Shown: positions 1 to 8,570, counted from the stretch's first letter. The stretch is 29,471 nt of DNA from Rhodanobacteraceae bacterium (GCA_050738115.1 JBOHYX010000001.1:1-29471); one strand, 5' to 3'. The notes: generated from the letters alone by a model not told the origin. Made by a program: numbers and translations.

Positions 1-3000
1 GGTTGGTCCGCCAGCTCGCAGGTGAGTTGCAGCCCGGCCCTGGCGACATCGGCCTGCGCGGTATCGCAGATGTTGCGCACCACCACGCCCAGATCGACCG
101 CTTCGCCGTTCAGCAGCAACTTTCCGCTGCGGATGCGCGACATGTCCAGCAGGTCGTCGATGATCTTGACCTGGCCGCGGATCGCATGCCGGATCATTTC
201 CAGCGCCGCGGCGACCCCCGTGGAATGGCGCGTTTCCGGCAACCGTTCCAGCACGTCGGTGTTGACGCTGATCAGGTTCAAAGGATTTTTCAGTTCGTGC
301 GAGACCACGGCCAGGAAATCGTCTTTCACCGCGCCCGCGGATTCGCGGCCAAGCCGGTCGGTGCGCTGGGAGAGGCTCGCGCCCTCTGGCGTGGTGGCGC
401 GCACGATCTTGACGTAGCCGTGCAGGTCGTCGCTGTCGATGCGGCTGAGCACGCCGGTGCCGAAAATGCGCTGGCCGTGGCGGGTCACGTACCAATGGCC
501 GACTTCGACATGGCCCCCGACTTCGGCTTGGGCAAGATCGTGCTGCGGCACCCGCGCGCTGATGTCCTCCGGCGTGTACAGGCGCGCCAGCGATTCACCC
601 AGCATCTCCTGCTCGGACCAGCCCAACAACATTTCCGCGCCCACGTTCCACGCGGTCACGCGCATGTCGGCATCCAGCACGATCACCGCCAGGTCGCGCA
701 CGGCCAGCATGGCCTGCTGGAGATGTTCCTCGCTCAGGCGCAATTTGTGTTCGGCCCGGCGCAGGTGGGTGATGTCGATGAAGCTCAGCGCGGCGCCGGC
801 GATGCGGTTCTCCGCGGTACGGTATGGCAGCACGCGCGCGGCATAGCGGCGGCCGGCGGCGCTGCGCACCTCGCGTTCGATCGGCCGCAGCGAATCGAAC
901 ACTGCGGCGGCGTCCTCGCCGAGTTCCGGGTAGTCGAGCTTGCTGGTGATGTCGGTCAGGGTGCGGCCGACGTCGCCCGGCAGGATGTTGAACAGGTCCG
1001 CGGTCCGCGGCGTGAAGCGCTTGATGCGCAGCCCCGCATCCACAAACAGGATCGCGATGTCAGCTGCGCCGATGAAGTTCTGCAGGTCATCGTTGGCCTT
1101 GGCGAGCTCATCCACCCTGGACTTCAATTCGAAATTGACGGTGCTCAATTCCTCGTTGATCGATTGCAGTTCCTCCTTGCTGGTTTCCAGTTCCTCGGTG
1201 GCCGAGCGCAGCTCCTCGTTGCTGGCCTGCAGTTCCTCGTTGGAGGCCTTCAATTCCTCGTTGGAGGTTTCGTACTGCTCGATGGTGCTCTGCAGGTGCG
1301 TCTGCGTCTGCAGCAACTCCGCTTCCAGTTGCCGCACCACGTCGTTGCCTTCGCCGCTTTCCGCCTTGGGCTCGACGGCGGATGCGAGCGCGTCCTCGAC
1401 TTCGTCGAACAGCACCAGCACGAACTCGGCGTCCGCTTCCGGATCGCGGAAGGGCCGCACCACGATGTTGACGAAGCGCGCCGGCTGGTCGTCCGCGGCG
1501 ATCCGCACGCGCGTTTCGACGCTCCTGTTGCCGTGCACCGCCTGGAACAACGTGGTGCGTACTTCGGTGCGCAGCGCGGGATCGGCCACCGCGACCAGGT
1601 TGTGGGTAGGCTCGCCGGCGCCGAAGCGCAAATAGCGCCCGGCGTGTTCGGACATGTGCACGATGTTGCCGTCGCGGTCCACCACCACACTGGGTGGCGC
1701 GTAGAACTCCAGCACGCGCTGGTGCACGTCGGCGAACGAGAAACCCCGGCGGTCGCGCGGGCGTGGCGGCGGCGCTGGCCTGACCGGGCCTTCGCGACGC
1801 GGCGTCAGGCGCGGAATCGTGCGTACGCCGCGCGCCAGCACGCGTGCGCGGAAAATCCGGTGGGCCTTGTCCACCACCTCGAAATGGGACGGCGCCACGT
1901 CGGCAGACTCCGATGTGCCGAGGAACAGCAGGCCGCCGGGACGCAGCGCGAAGTGGAAGGTCTCCAGCAGCCGTGCCTGGATTTCGCGATCCAGATAGAT
2001 CATCAGGTTGCGGCAACTGACGAGGTTGAGCTGCGAGAACGGCGGATCGCGCAGCACGTTGTGCAGCGCGAACAGCACCCGCTCGCGGATCGCCTTGTGG
2101 ATGCGGTAGCGGTTCCCGTCCTTGCCGAAGAACTGGCGCAGCCGGGTCGGCGGCACGTCGGTCACGATCGATTCGGGATAGATGCCGGCGCGACCGCTGG
2201 CGATCGCGGACTCGTCGATGTCGCTGGCGAACACCTGCCACGGCGCCGGGCGGCCGAGCGTGCCCGCGTGGTCGGCCAGCAGCATCGCGATCGAATACGC
2301 TTCCTCGCCGGTGGCGCAGCCGGGCACCCACGCGCGCACCTGTTCCGGCGCGCACGTGGCCTCGAACAGTTGGGGGATCGCCTCGCGTTCCAGCGCCTCG
2401 AACGATGCGCGGTCGCGGAAGAAATTCGTGACGCCGATCAGCATGTCGTCCAGCAGCGCATGGGTTTCCTCCGCATGCGCGGCGAGAAAATCGCGATACG
2501 CCGGCACGTCCTTCACCAGGTTGACCTGCATGCGCCGCTCGATCCGCCGCAGCACCGTGGCGCGCTTGTAGCAGCGGAAATCGTGGCCGGAGCGCGTGGC
2601 GAGGATCTCCAGCACCTCGCGCAGCGCCTGTTCGGCTGCGTCGCTGTCGTCCGGCGACGCCTTGGCCGGGGGCGCGCCGTCGGGCGCGACCTTGGGCAGG
2701 CGGATGCTGCGGGTGTTGTCGCGCAGCGCCACCAGTTTCGCGGCGATTTCGGGGGCCGGCAGCACGAAATCGATCTGTGCGCTGGCGACCGCGCTGCGCG
2801 GCATGTCTTCGTATTCGGCATCCTGCGGCGACTGCGCGAAGGTCACCCCGCCCTGCTCCTTGATGCGCGCAATGCCGACCGAACCGTCCGTGCCGGTGCC
2901 TGAAAGCACGATGCCGATTGCCTTTTCCTGGTGCGTGTCGGCCAGCGTGCGGAAGAACAGGTCGATGGCGACCGGCCGCCCGCGCGGGCGTTCCGCGGGC

Positions 3001-3341
3001 GTCACCAGCAACGAGCCGTCGCTCATCTTCAGGTCGTGCGCGGGCGAGATCACGTACACGTGATCGGGTTCCAGCGGCGTCGTGTCGTCGACCTGGAGTA
3101 CCGGCATGCGGGTGCAGGCCTGGAGCACCTTGTCGGCACTGCTCTCATGCTCGGGCGACAGGTGCAGGACGACCACGAAGGCCATGCCGTTCTGCTTCGG
3201 AAGGTTCTCGAAAATGCGCTTCAGCGCGGACAGCCCACCCGCGGACGCGCCGAGCCCCACCACCGGAAATGGCAGGTGGCTGCGCTTGTGCGTGTCCGGG
3301 TTGTGCGCAACGCCGGTGTCGTGATCGGTCTTGTCATTCAT
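1..3341 (-). CDS. CheB methylesterase-CheR methyltransferase-PAS-histidine kinase fusion protein (3' end runs off the window)
   Basis: Manual minus-strand translation of sampled segments, all in one frame: start MNDKTDHD (ATG 3341; alternative in-frame ATG 3371), CheB motifs VVGLGASAGG, VVLHLSP, IVLSGTGTDG; CheR motifs WVPGCATGEEAYSIA and RDPPFSQLNLVSCRNLMIYL; coiled coil EELRSATEELETSKEELQSINEEL; H-box FLAVVSHELKNPL and IIDDLLDMSRI. Missing from the ORF track because the stop lies outside the window. Confidence 0.93.
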   Translation of the reverse strand, partial: MNDKTDHDTGVAHNPDTHKRSHLPFPVVGLGASAGGLSALKRIFENLPKQNGMAFVVVLHLSPEHESSADKVLQACTRMPVLQVDDTTPLEPDHVYVISPAHDLKMSDGSLLVTPAERPRGRPVAIDLFFRTLADTHQEKAIGIVLSGTGTDGSVGIARIKEQGGVTFAQSPQDAEYEDMPRSAVASAQIDFVLPAPEIAAKLVALRDNTRSIRLPKVAPDGAPPAKASPDDSDAAEQALREVLEILATRSGHDFRCYKRATVLRRIERRMQVNLVKDVPAYRDFLAAHAEETHALLDDMLIGVTNFFRDRASFEALEREAIPQLFEATCAPEQVRAWVPGCATGEEAYSIAMLLADHAGTLGRPAPWQVFASDIDESAIASGRAGIYPESIVTDVPPTRLRQFFGKDGNRYRIHKAIRERVLFALHNVLRDPPFSQLNLVSCRNLMIYLDREIQARLLETFHFALRPGGLLFLGTSESADVAPSHFEVVDKAHRIFRARVLARGVRTIPRLTPRREGPVRPAPPPRPRDRRGFSFADVHQRVLEFYAPPSVVVDRDGNIVHMSEHAGRYLRFGAGEPTHNLVAVADPALRTEVRTTLFQAVHGNRSVETRVRIAADDQPARFVNIVVRPFRDPEADAEFVLVLFDEVEDALASAVEPKAESGEGNDVVRQLEAELLQTQTHLQSTIEQYETSNEELKASNEELQASNEELRSATEELETSKEELQSINEELSTVNFELKSRVDELAKANDDLQNFIGAADIAILFVDAGLRIKRFTPRTADLFNILPGDVGRTLTDITSKLDYPELGEDAAAVFDSLRPIEREVRSAAGRRYAARVLPYRTAENRIAGAALSFIDITHLRRAEHKLRLSEEHLQQAMLAVRDLAVIVLDADMRVTAWNVGAEMLLGWSEQEMLGESLARLYTPEDISARVPQHDLAQAEVGGHVEVGHWYVTRHGQRIFGTGVLSRIDSDDLHGYVKIVRATTPEGASLSQRTDRLGRESAGAVKDDFLAVVSHELKNPLNLISVNTDVLERLPETRHSTGVAAALEMIRHAIRGQVKIIDDLLDMSRIRSGKLLLNGEAVDLGVVVRNICDTAQADVARAGLQLTCELADQ

Positions 3342-3474
3342 TGACTCGGCCGCTTGCGAATGGACTCCCATGATGCGCCGAATGCGCCGGGCCATAAAGC
3401 AGCGGTCCGGTAGGGCGCGTCGGCGGGTTCATTTCTGGTCGGTCGCGCCTTTTCCGTCTCGCAAAAGAAAACTC

Positions 3475-3599
3475 GTCATTCCGGGGCCGTCGTCAGCTTC
3501 ACCGGCGACGGAACCCGGAATCCAGCTTCCTTGCTCGAAGTGCTGAAGAGCTGGATTCCGGGTTCTGCCCGCAAACAGCGCCGGCAGCCCCGGAATGAC
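3475..3599. repeat. Composite palindromic element (GTCATTCCG...CGGAATCCAG-loop-CTGGATTCCG...CGGAATGAC), copy 1
   Basis: Terminal inverted repeat GTCATTCCGGGG/CCCCGGAATGAC with two internal hairpins; close inverted copy at 23049-23245 and a relative at 15285-15394. Confidence 0.9.
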
Positions 3600-3737
3600 C
3601 AAACGGAAAAGGGGTCGCCGCGCTTCGAACCGGGCCCCGAACGTGCATTTTCGCCGGACGGCACCGCAACAGACCATCGGCGGGCTGCACATCCGGTAAA
3701 TATTTCCCGCACTCACACCGCCCCGCCACGCTCGCGC

Positions 3738-4019
3738 TCACCGTTCGCGTTCCACGAACTTGAAGAACCGGCTGGTGTCGCCCTCCTCGGTGTTTTCCTG
3801 GTACAGGAACGCGAGGTCCGCGTCATCGAACTTGTCGAAGAGTACGTCCCATCCGATCGGGTCCAGGGTGCCGTCATCGGTAAACGCGATGCGCAGCACG
3901 CCGACCTTGTCGCCAACGTCGACCGTGGTGTGCACCGTGGCGGGCTTGCCGCCGCGCGCCTCGGCCCAGCGGCGGATTTCCTCGTGGTTGGTGGTGGTTT
4001 TCGCGTCATGCGTTGTCAT
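3738..4019 (-). CDS. Small acidic hypothetical protein (93 aa, MTTHDAKTTTNHEEIRRWAEARGGKPA...)
   Basis: AGGAG Shine-Dalgarno before ATG 4019; protein-like composition; the TT.HEEIR.WAE.R.G.PA...W..F..KF...LAF.YQ pattern resembles a widespread uncharacterised family (recalled, not searched). Confidence 0.85.
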   Translation of the reverse strand: MTTHDAKTTTNHEEIRRWAEARGGKPATVHTTVDVGDKVGVLRIAFTDDGTLDPIGWDVLFDKFDDADLAFLYQENTEEGDTSRFFKFVERER

Positions 4020-4092
4020 GGCAAATGCTCCTCGTCGATCTGCTCCTGTTTGACTTGACTGCGTGGGAAAATTTTCGCCATGGCACGTGGCC

Positions 4093-4308
4093 TCAGCGCG
4101 TTCCACGGTGCGCGTGCCGCAGCGCGATCTGACGCGGTATCTGTTCATGCACGTCGAGTTCCAGCAGCGCAGTCCACGCCAGCTCGACCCCTTCACGGCG
4201 TCCCTTGCGCGCGAGCCGCAGCGTGTGCGGATATAGGGTCAGGGTGTATGCCTTCGAATCGATTTCGATTTCGCGGCGCAGCGGCTTGTCCAGTTTCGTC
4301 ATGTTCAT
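4093..4308 (-). CDS. Small hypothetical protein (69-71 aa, MTKLDKPLRREIEID...KGRREGVELAW)
   Basis: ORF track 4093..4308 (alternative ATG 4302); co-oriented just downstream of topIB; the N-terminal MTKLDKPLRRE pattern resembles a conserved proteobacterial hypothetical protein. Confidence 0.7.
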   Translation of the reverse strand: MNMTKLDKPLRREIEIDSKAYTLTLYPHTLRLARKGRREGVELAWTALLELDVHEQIPRQIALRHAHRGTR

Positions 4309-4333
4309 TCTCGCTCGCCCTCACGGGCGTCGT

Positions 4334-5404
4334 TCATGCGCCGAGGCAATGCTCCAGGAAGCGGATCGCCGCCTTCTCCAGCCGCCGCGGGTGCCCGACC
4401 ACGGACGCGGGCACGCGCCGCTGCAGGTCGCCGGCCTGCCATCCGCTCACGACCTGCGGGCACACATAGGCCTTGCGGGCCACCGCCGGCGTATTGCCGA
4501 GCTCCTGCGCGGCGACGGCGATGGCCTGCCGCACGGCCGCGCGCTGCGCGCGTTTGCCACCGCGGGTCGGCAGCGGCGTGCGCGCGAGGCAGGTGATGGC
4601 GGTCAGGGTTCCCGCCCAGGTCCGGAAGTCCTTGGCGCTGAAACGCTCGCCCAGCGATCCGCGCAGGTAGTCATTGAGCTGCGCGGCGGTCGCGCGGTGA
4701 CAGCCGTCTTCATCCCGGTACTGGAACAGCGCGGGCCCCGGCAACCGGCTACAGCGCTTGATCCGCACGACCAGCCGGCGGTCGGTCAGGACTGCTTCCT
4801 GCTGCTGTCCGCTTTTGGCGGGAAACCGGAACGCCGCGGTGCCATCGCGGTGGAAGGTCACGTGCCGCGCGCGCAGCGTGGTCAGGCCAAGGGGATGGTT
4901 GGTGCGCGCGTATTCCGCGTTGCCGATGCGCAGCGAAGTCGCCATCATCACCTCCGTCATCATCGCCAGCACCTTGTCGGAAGGCAGGCCGTCCAGGCGC
5001 CGGTCGCGTCGCAGGCGTGCGCGCAGCGCCGGCAACCTTTTTGCGAAGCGCAGCAACCGGCGGTACTTCTTCGCGTCGCGCCGATGCTGCCACGCCACGT
5101 GGTAGCGATACTGCTTGCGCCCGCGGGCGTCGCGACCGGTTGCCGGCAGGCGCCCGCGCGCGTCGGCGCAGATCCACACGTCCGTCCAGGCGGGGGGAAT
5201 GGCCAACGCGCGGATGCGGGCAAGGATGCCGCCATCCCGGACTCGCGCGCGCCTTGCATCGCGGTACACGAAGCCGCGGCCGGCGCGACGGCGGGTGATG
5301 CCAGGCTCGTCATCGATCGCACCGCGTAATCCGCGCCCGCGCGGGCGCAAAGCGTCGCGCGATCGCAGGTGGTCGCCGGATTCGTGCTCGCGCGCAGCCG
5401 ACAC
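4334..5404 (-). CDS. Bacterial DNA topoisomerase IB
   Basis: Motifs LAIPPAWTDVWIC, GRDARGRKQYRYH, LRIGN, AKSG, AKDFRTW, LGNTPAVARKAYV (catalytic R,K,R,N,Y present). GTG start is uncertain. Confidence 0.93.
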   Translation of the reverse strand: MSAAREHESGDHLRSRDALRPRGRGLRGAIDDEPGITRRRAGRGFVYRDARRARVRDGGILARIRALAIPPAWTDVWICADARGRLPATGRDARGRKQYRYHVAWQHRRDAKKYRRLLRFAKRLPALRARLRRDRRLDGLPSDKVLAMMTEVMMATSLRIGNAEYARTNHPLGLTTLRARHVTFHRDGTAAFRFPAKSGQQQEAVLTDRRLVVRIKRCSRLPGPALFQYRDEDGCHRATAAQLNDYLRGSLGERFSAKDFRTWAGTLTAITCLARTPLPTRGGKRAQRAAVRQAIAVAAQELGNTPAVARKAYVCPQVVSGWQAGDLQRRVPASVVGHPRRLEKAAIRFLEHCLGA

Positions 5405-5425
5405 GGCGGCAAGCCATCTTCCGGA

Positions 5426-5560
5426 TCACCGCTGCGGGTGGGATCGCGGGCACCCGGATAGTCGCCGGGCAGGTTGCGGCGTGGTCCGGGCACTGGCGGC
5501 ACGGGCAAGGCCTGGCACAGCGGGCAGCGCAGCCATCATGGATACGAGTTGGCATTTCAT
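5426..5560 (-). CDS. Possible 44-aa peptide or remnant of a secreted-protein gene
   Basis: GGAGGT at 5571-5566, then ATG 5560: MKCQLVSMMAALPAVPGLARAASART..., a signal-peptide-like start; stops 21 nt before the topIB start. Confidence 0.35.
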   Translation of the reverse strand: MKCQLVSMMAALPAVPGLARAASARTTPQPARRLSGCPRSHPQR

Positions 5561-5888
5561 CCGGAACCTCCGTGTCCTCCATCGGCAGCCCGACGGAAGC
5601 AATACGTGTGCCACCCGGTTGGCAGCCCCCGCGGTGGGGGTCCGCCCGGGCGGAGCACGCAGCTCGATGCTTCCATCCGTCCCTGCCAAATGCGCCACGG
5701 CCGACGCGCGTTGCGAGGGATTCCGTTCTCCGGCGAAAGTGCACCGCGCCCGCAGATTCGGCTCACCGCGCACACCCGGGAGCCGCCGCGATTCCCCCGT
5801 CGGTGGCGAAACGCTTACGCGGGCACGGAAAAAGTTTCGGCCTTCGCGCCGGGGCGGCACCATGTCTGATCGCATTCACCTCGCGTGA

Positions 5889-8429
5889 ATGTCGGATCAC
5901 TACGCTGGTTGCATGGCAGGACGACGACCTCCGCGGCTTGCGCCCTACAGGCGCAAGCGCCGCTTCGAGCATTCGCCGGAACCGGCGACGACGCCGCGGG
6001 CGGAAGGCGCGCACGCGCGCGGACGCCGTTTCGTCGTGCAACTGCACCATGCGCGGCGGCGGCATTTCGATTTTCGACTGCAGGTCGGCGGGGTGCTGCG
6101 GAGCTGGGCGGTACCAAAGGGGCCCTCGCGCGATCCGTCCATCCGGCACCTTGCGGTCGAGGTCGAGGACCACCCGCTGACCTACGGTTCCTTCGAGGGC
6201 ACGATTCCCGAAGGCCAGTACGGCGCCGGCACGGTCGCGATCTGGGACGAAGGCACTTGGAGCACCGAGGGCTCGGCGACGCGGCAGATCGACGACGGCC
6301 ACCTGCGCTTCGCGTTGGACGGCGCGCGCCTGCGCGGACGCTGGTCGCTCGTGCGCACGCGGATGCAGGGCGGCAAGGCGCAGTGGCTGCTGATGAAGCG
6401 CGACGATGAATTCGTGGTGCAGGACGACGTCGCCGACGATACGCCGCTTGCCGAGTGGCAGGCCGCGCATGACGGTGGCAGGTCGGCGCGCCGGCCGAAA
6501 AAAAAACCGGCACGCGCGTCGACAAAAGTGGCAACGCTGCCGCCAGCCGATGAATTCGGGCTGGAACTGGCGCGCTTGCACCGGCACGCACCGGAAGGCG
6601 ATGCCTGGCTGCACGAGGTGAAGTACGACGGCTACCGCATGCTGGCGTGGCGCGACGGACGCGAGCTGCGGCTGCTGTCGCGCAATCGCATCGACTGGAC
6701 GGAAAAGTTGCCGGCCATCGTGGAAGCGATTCGCAAGCTTGACTGCCGCGCGTGCGTCCTCGATGGCGAGCTGGTGGTGTTCGACGAACACGGCCGCAGC
6801 CGTTTCGACCTGCTGCAAAAGGAGTTCAACCGCGACGCGTCACGCGCGGTCCGCTACATGGCGTTCGACCTGCTGGCGCTGGACCGCGACGACCTGCGCG
6901 ATGCGCCGCTCACGGATCGCAAGCAGGCGCTCGCGAAGCTGATGAAAGGCCGCGGCAGCGTCATCGCGGCCTGTGATTTCATCCGCGGCGAGGGGCCGTT
7001 GGCGTATCGGCGCGCCTGCGAGGCCGGGCTCGAAGGCATCATCAGCAAGGCGGTGCACGCGCCGTACCGCGCGGGTCGGGGCGATGACTGGCGCAAGCTC
7101 AAGTGCATCGAATCGGACGAGTTCATGATCGTCGGCTACACGCCCGGAAAAGGTTCGCGCGGCGCGCTGGGCGCGCTGCTGCTGGCGGAACCGCGCGGAA
7201 CGCAATGGCGCTACGTCGGGCGGGTCGGCACCGGAATGGACGCGGCGATGCTGAAGCGGCTGCACCCGCGCCTCAAGCCGGCGCGGCGCCGGCCGGCGCT
7301 CATCGACGCGCCGCATGCGAAGCAGTTGCGTGGCGCCAAGCCGACATGGGTCCAGCCAAGGCACGTGGTGGAAGTCGCATTCCGCGGACGTACGGGCGAC
7401 GACTTCCTGCGCCAGGCGAGCTTCATGGGCCTGCGGCCCGACAAATCGCCCGCCGACCTTCGAGACAGCGATCACGCCGAGGAGCCAGCCAGCATGCCAG
7501 CCAACGCGCGTCACCCCAGCCGCCGCAGCCCACGCGCTCCGACCCGATCGCGGCGCACTCCAGCCACGTCGAGCGTTTCGTTCACCCATCCCGATCGCGT
7601 GCTGATCGAAAAACCCCGCGTGACCAAGCGTGCACTCGCCGAATTCTATGCCGGGATCGCCGCTCACCTGCTGCCCGGCCTCGTGGGCCGGCCGCTGGCG
7701 CTGGTGCGTTGTCCGGAAGGCTCGGGCGCGGCGTGTTTTTTCCAGAAACACCCGATGGCGGGAATGCCCGAGTCGATCCGGGTGGGCGATGCGCGCGACG
7801 TGCGCGGTGGCGACAAGCAGCCGTACGTATTCGTGGATGACATCGAAGGCGTGCTCGGCCTCGTGCAGATGAACGCGATCGAATTTCACCCGTGGGGGTC
7901 CACCATCGCCGATCTGGAGCATCCCGACCGCTTGGTGTTCGACCTCGACCCGGACGAGGACGTCGCCTGGTCGCGCGTCCGCGACGCAGCGCGCACCGTG
8001 CGCGACCGCCTCGAGGCGGTCGGCCTGGAAAGCTTCCTGCGTACCACCGGCGGCAAGGGCCTGCACGTCGTCGTGCCGCTCAATCCGCGCCCCGACTGGG
8101 AGCGCGCCAAGGCGTTCGCGCAGGCGCTGGCACGTACGCTGGAGGAGGCATCGCCGCGGGAGTTCGTCTCGGTCGCGACGAAAAACCGCCGCAAGGGCCG
8201 CATCTTCGTCGACTACCTGCGCAACGCGCGCGGATCAACCGCGGTGGCGTCCTATTGCGTGCGTGCACGGCCGGGCGCGGGCGTCGCGACGCCATTGCGC
8301 TGGGACGAACTGGGCCGCATGCGGTCCGGCGCCCACTACACCATCACCAACATCATGCGCCGGCTGAAATCCCTGCGTGAAGATCCGTGGCAGGGCTTCG
8401 ATGAGGTACGTCAGGGGCTGCCTCGATGA
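5889..8429 (+). CDS. ligD: NHEJ DNA ligase D (3'-phosphoesterase - ATP-dependent ligase - primase/polymerase domains)
   Basis: PE: FVVQLHHARRRHFDFRL, SWAVPKGPS, EDHPLTY; ligase: HEVKYDGYR, LDGELV, EGIISK, WRKLK; Pol: FFQKH, RLVFDLDP, TTGGKGLHV, IFVDYLRN. Start could be ATG 5913. Confidence 0.97.
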   Translation: MSDHYAGCMAGRRPPRLAPYRRKRRFEHSPEPATTPRAEGAHARGRRFVVQLHHARRRHFDFRLQVGGVLRSWAVPKGPSRDPSIRHLAVEVEDHPLTYGSFEGTIPEGQYGAGTVAIWDEGTWSTEGSATRQIDDGHLRFALDGARLRGRWSLVRTRMQGGKAQWLLMKRDDEFVVQDDVADDTPLAEWQAAHDGGRSARRPKKKPARASTKVATLPPADEFGLELARLHRHAPEGDAWLHEVKYDGYRMLAWRDGRELRLLSRNRIDWTEKLPAIVEAIRKLDCRACVLDGELVVFDEHGRSRFDLLQKEFNRDASRAVRYMAFDLLALDRDDLRDAPLTDRKQALAKLMKGRGSVIAACDFIRGEGPLAYRRACEAGLEGIISKAVHAPYRAGRGDDWRKLKCIESDEFMIVGYTPGKGSRGALGALLLAEPRGTQWRYVGRVGTGMDAAMLKRLHPRLKPARRRPALIDAPHAKQLRGAKPTWVQPRHVVEVAFRGRTGDDFLRQASFMGLRPDKSPADLRDSDHAEEPASMPANARHPSRRSPRAPTRSRRTPATSSVSFTHPDRVLIEKPRVTKRALAEFYAGIAAHLLPGLVGRPLALVRCPEGSGAACFFQKHPMAGMPESIRVGDARDVRGGDKQPYVFVDDIEGVLGLVQMNAIEFHPWGSTIADLEHPDRLVFDLDPDEDVAWSRVRDAARTVRDRLEAVGLESFLRTTGGKGLHVVVPLNPRPDWERAKAFAQALARTLEEASPREFVSVATKNRRKGRIFVDYLRNARGSTAVASYCVRARPGAGVATPLRWDELGRMRSGAHYTITNIMRRLKSLREDPWQGFDEVRQGLPR

Positions 8430-8490
8430 ACGGACTGTTCGGGTGCAGGCCAGCACCTGCGTCCCGCAACAACGAACGCAAAGAGCATTC

Positions 8491-8570
8491 GTCCGCAAAG
8501 AACGCAAAGAACGCCAAAGGAGCACTGTTTCCAAATGAAGACCTTTGCGTCCTTTGCGTCCTTCGCGGAC
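8491..8570. repeat. Inverted repeat built from 9-bp units (CGCAAAGAA / CTTTGCGTC)
   Basis: gtccgcaaagaacgcaaagaacgccaaagg ... cctttgcgtcctttgcgtccttcgcggac between ligD and ku. Confidence 0.85.

Noticed and set aside
3..2903. 966-aa plus-strand ORF
   Set aside because: Antisense shadow in register with the real minus-strand cheB-cheR-kinase gene; no recognisable motifs.
3605..3645. TTCGAACC motif suggesting a tRNA fragment
   Set aside because: No cloverleaf, acceptor stem or CCA end could be built around it.
5405..5888. ECF/general-stress sigma promoter in the topIB-ligD divergent region
   Set aside because: A GGAAC is present near 5563 but without a properly spaced -10 element; no promoter can be supported by eye.
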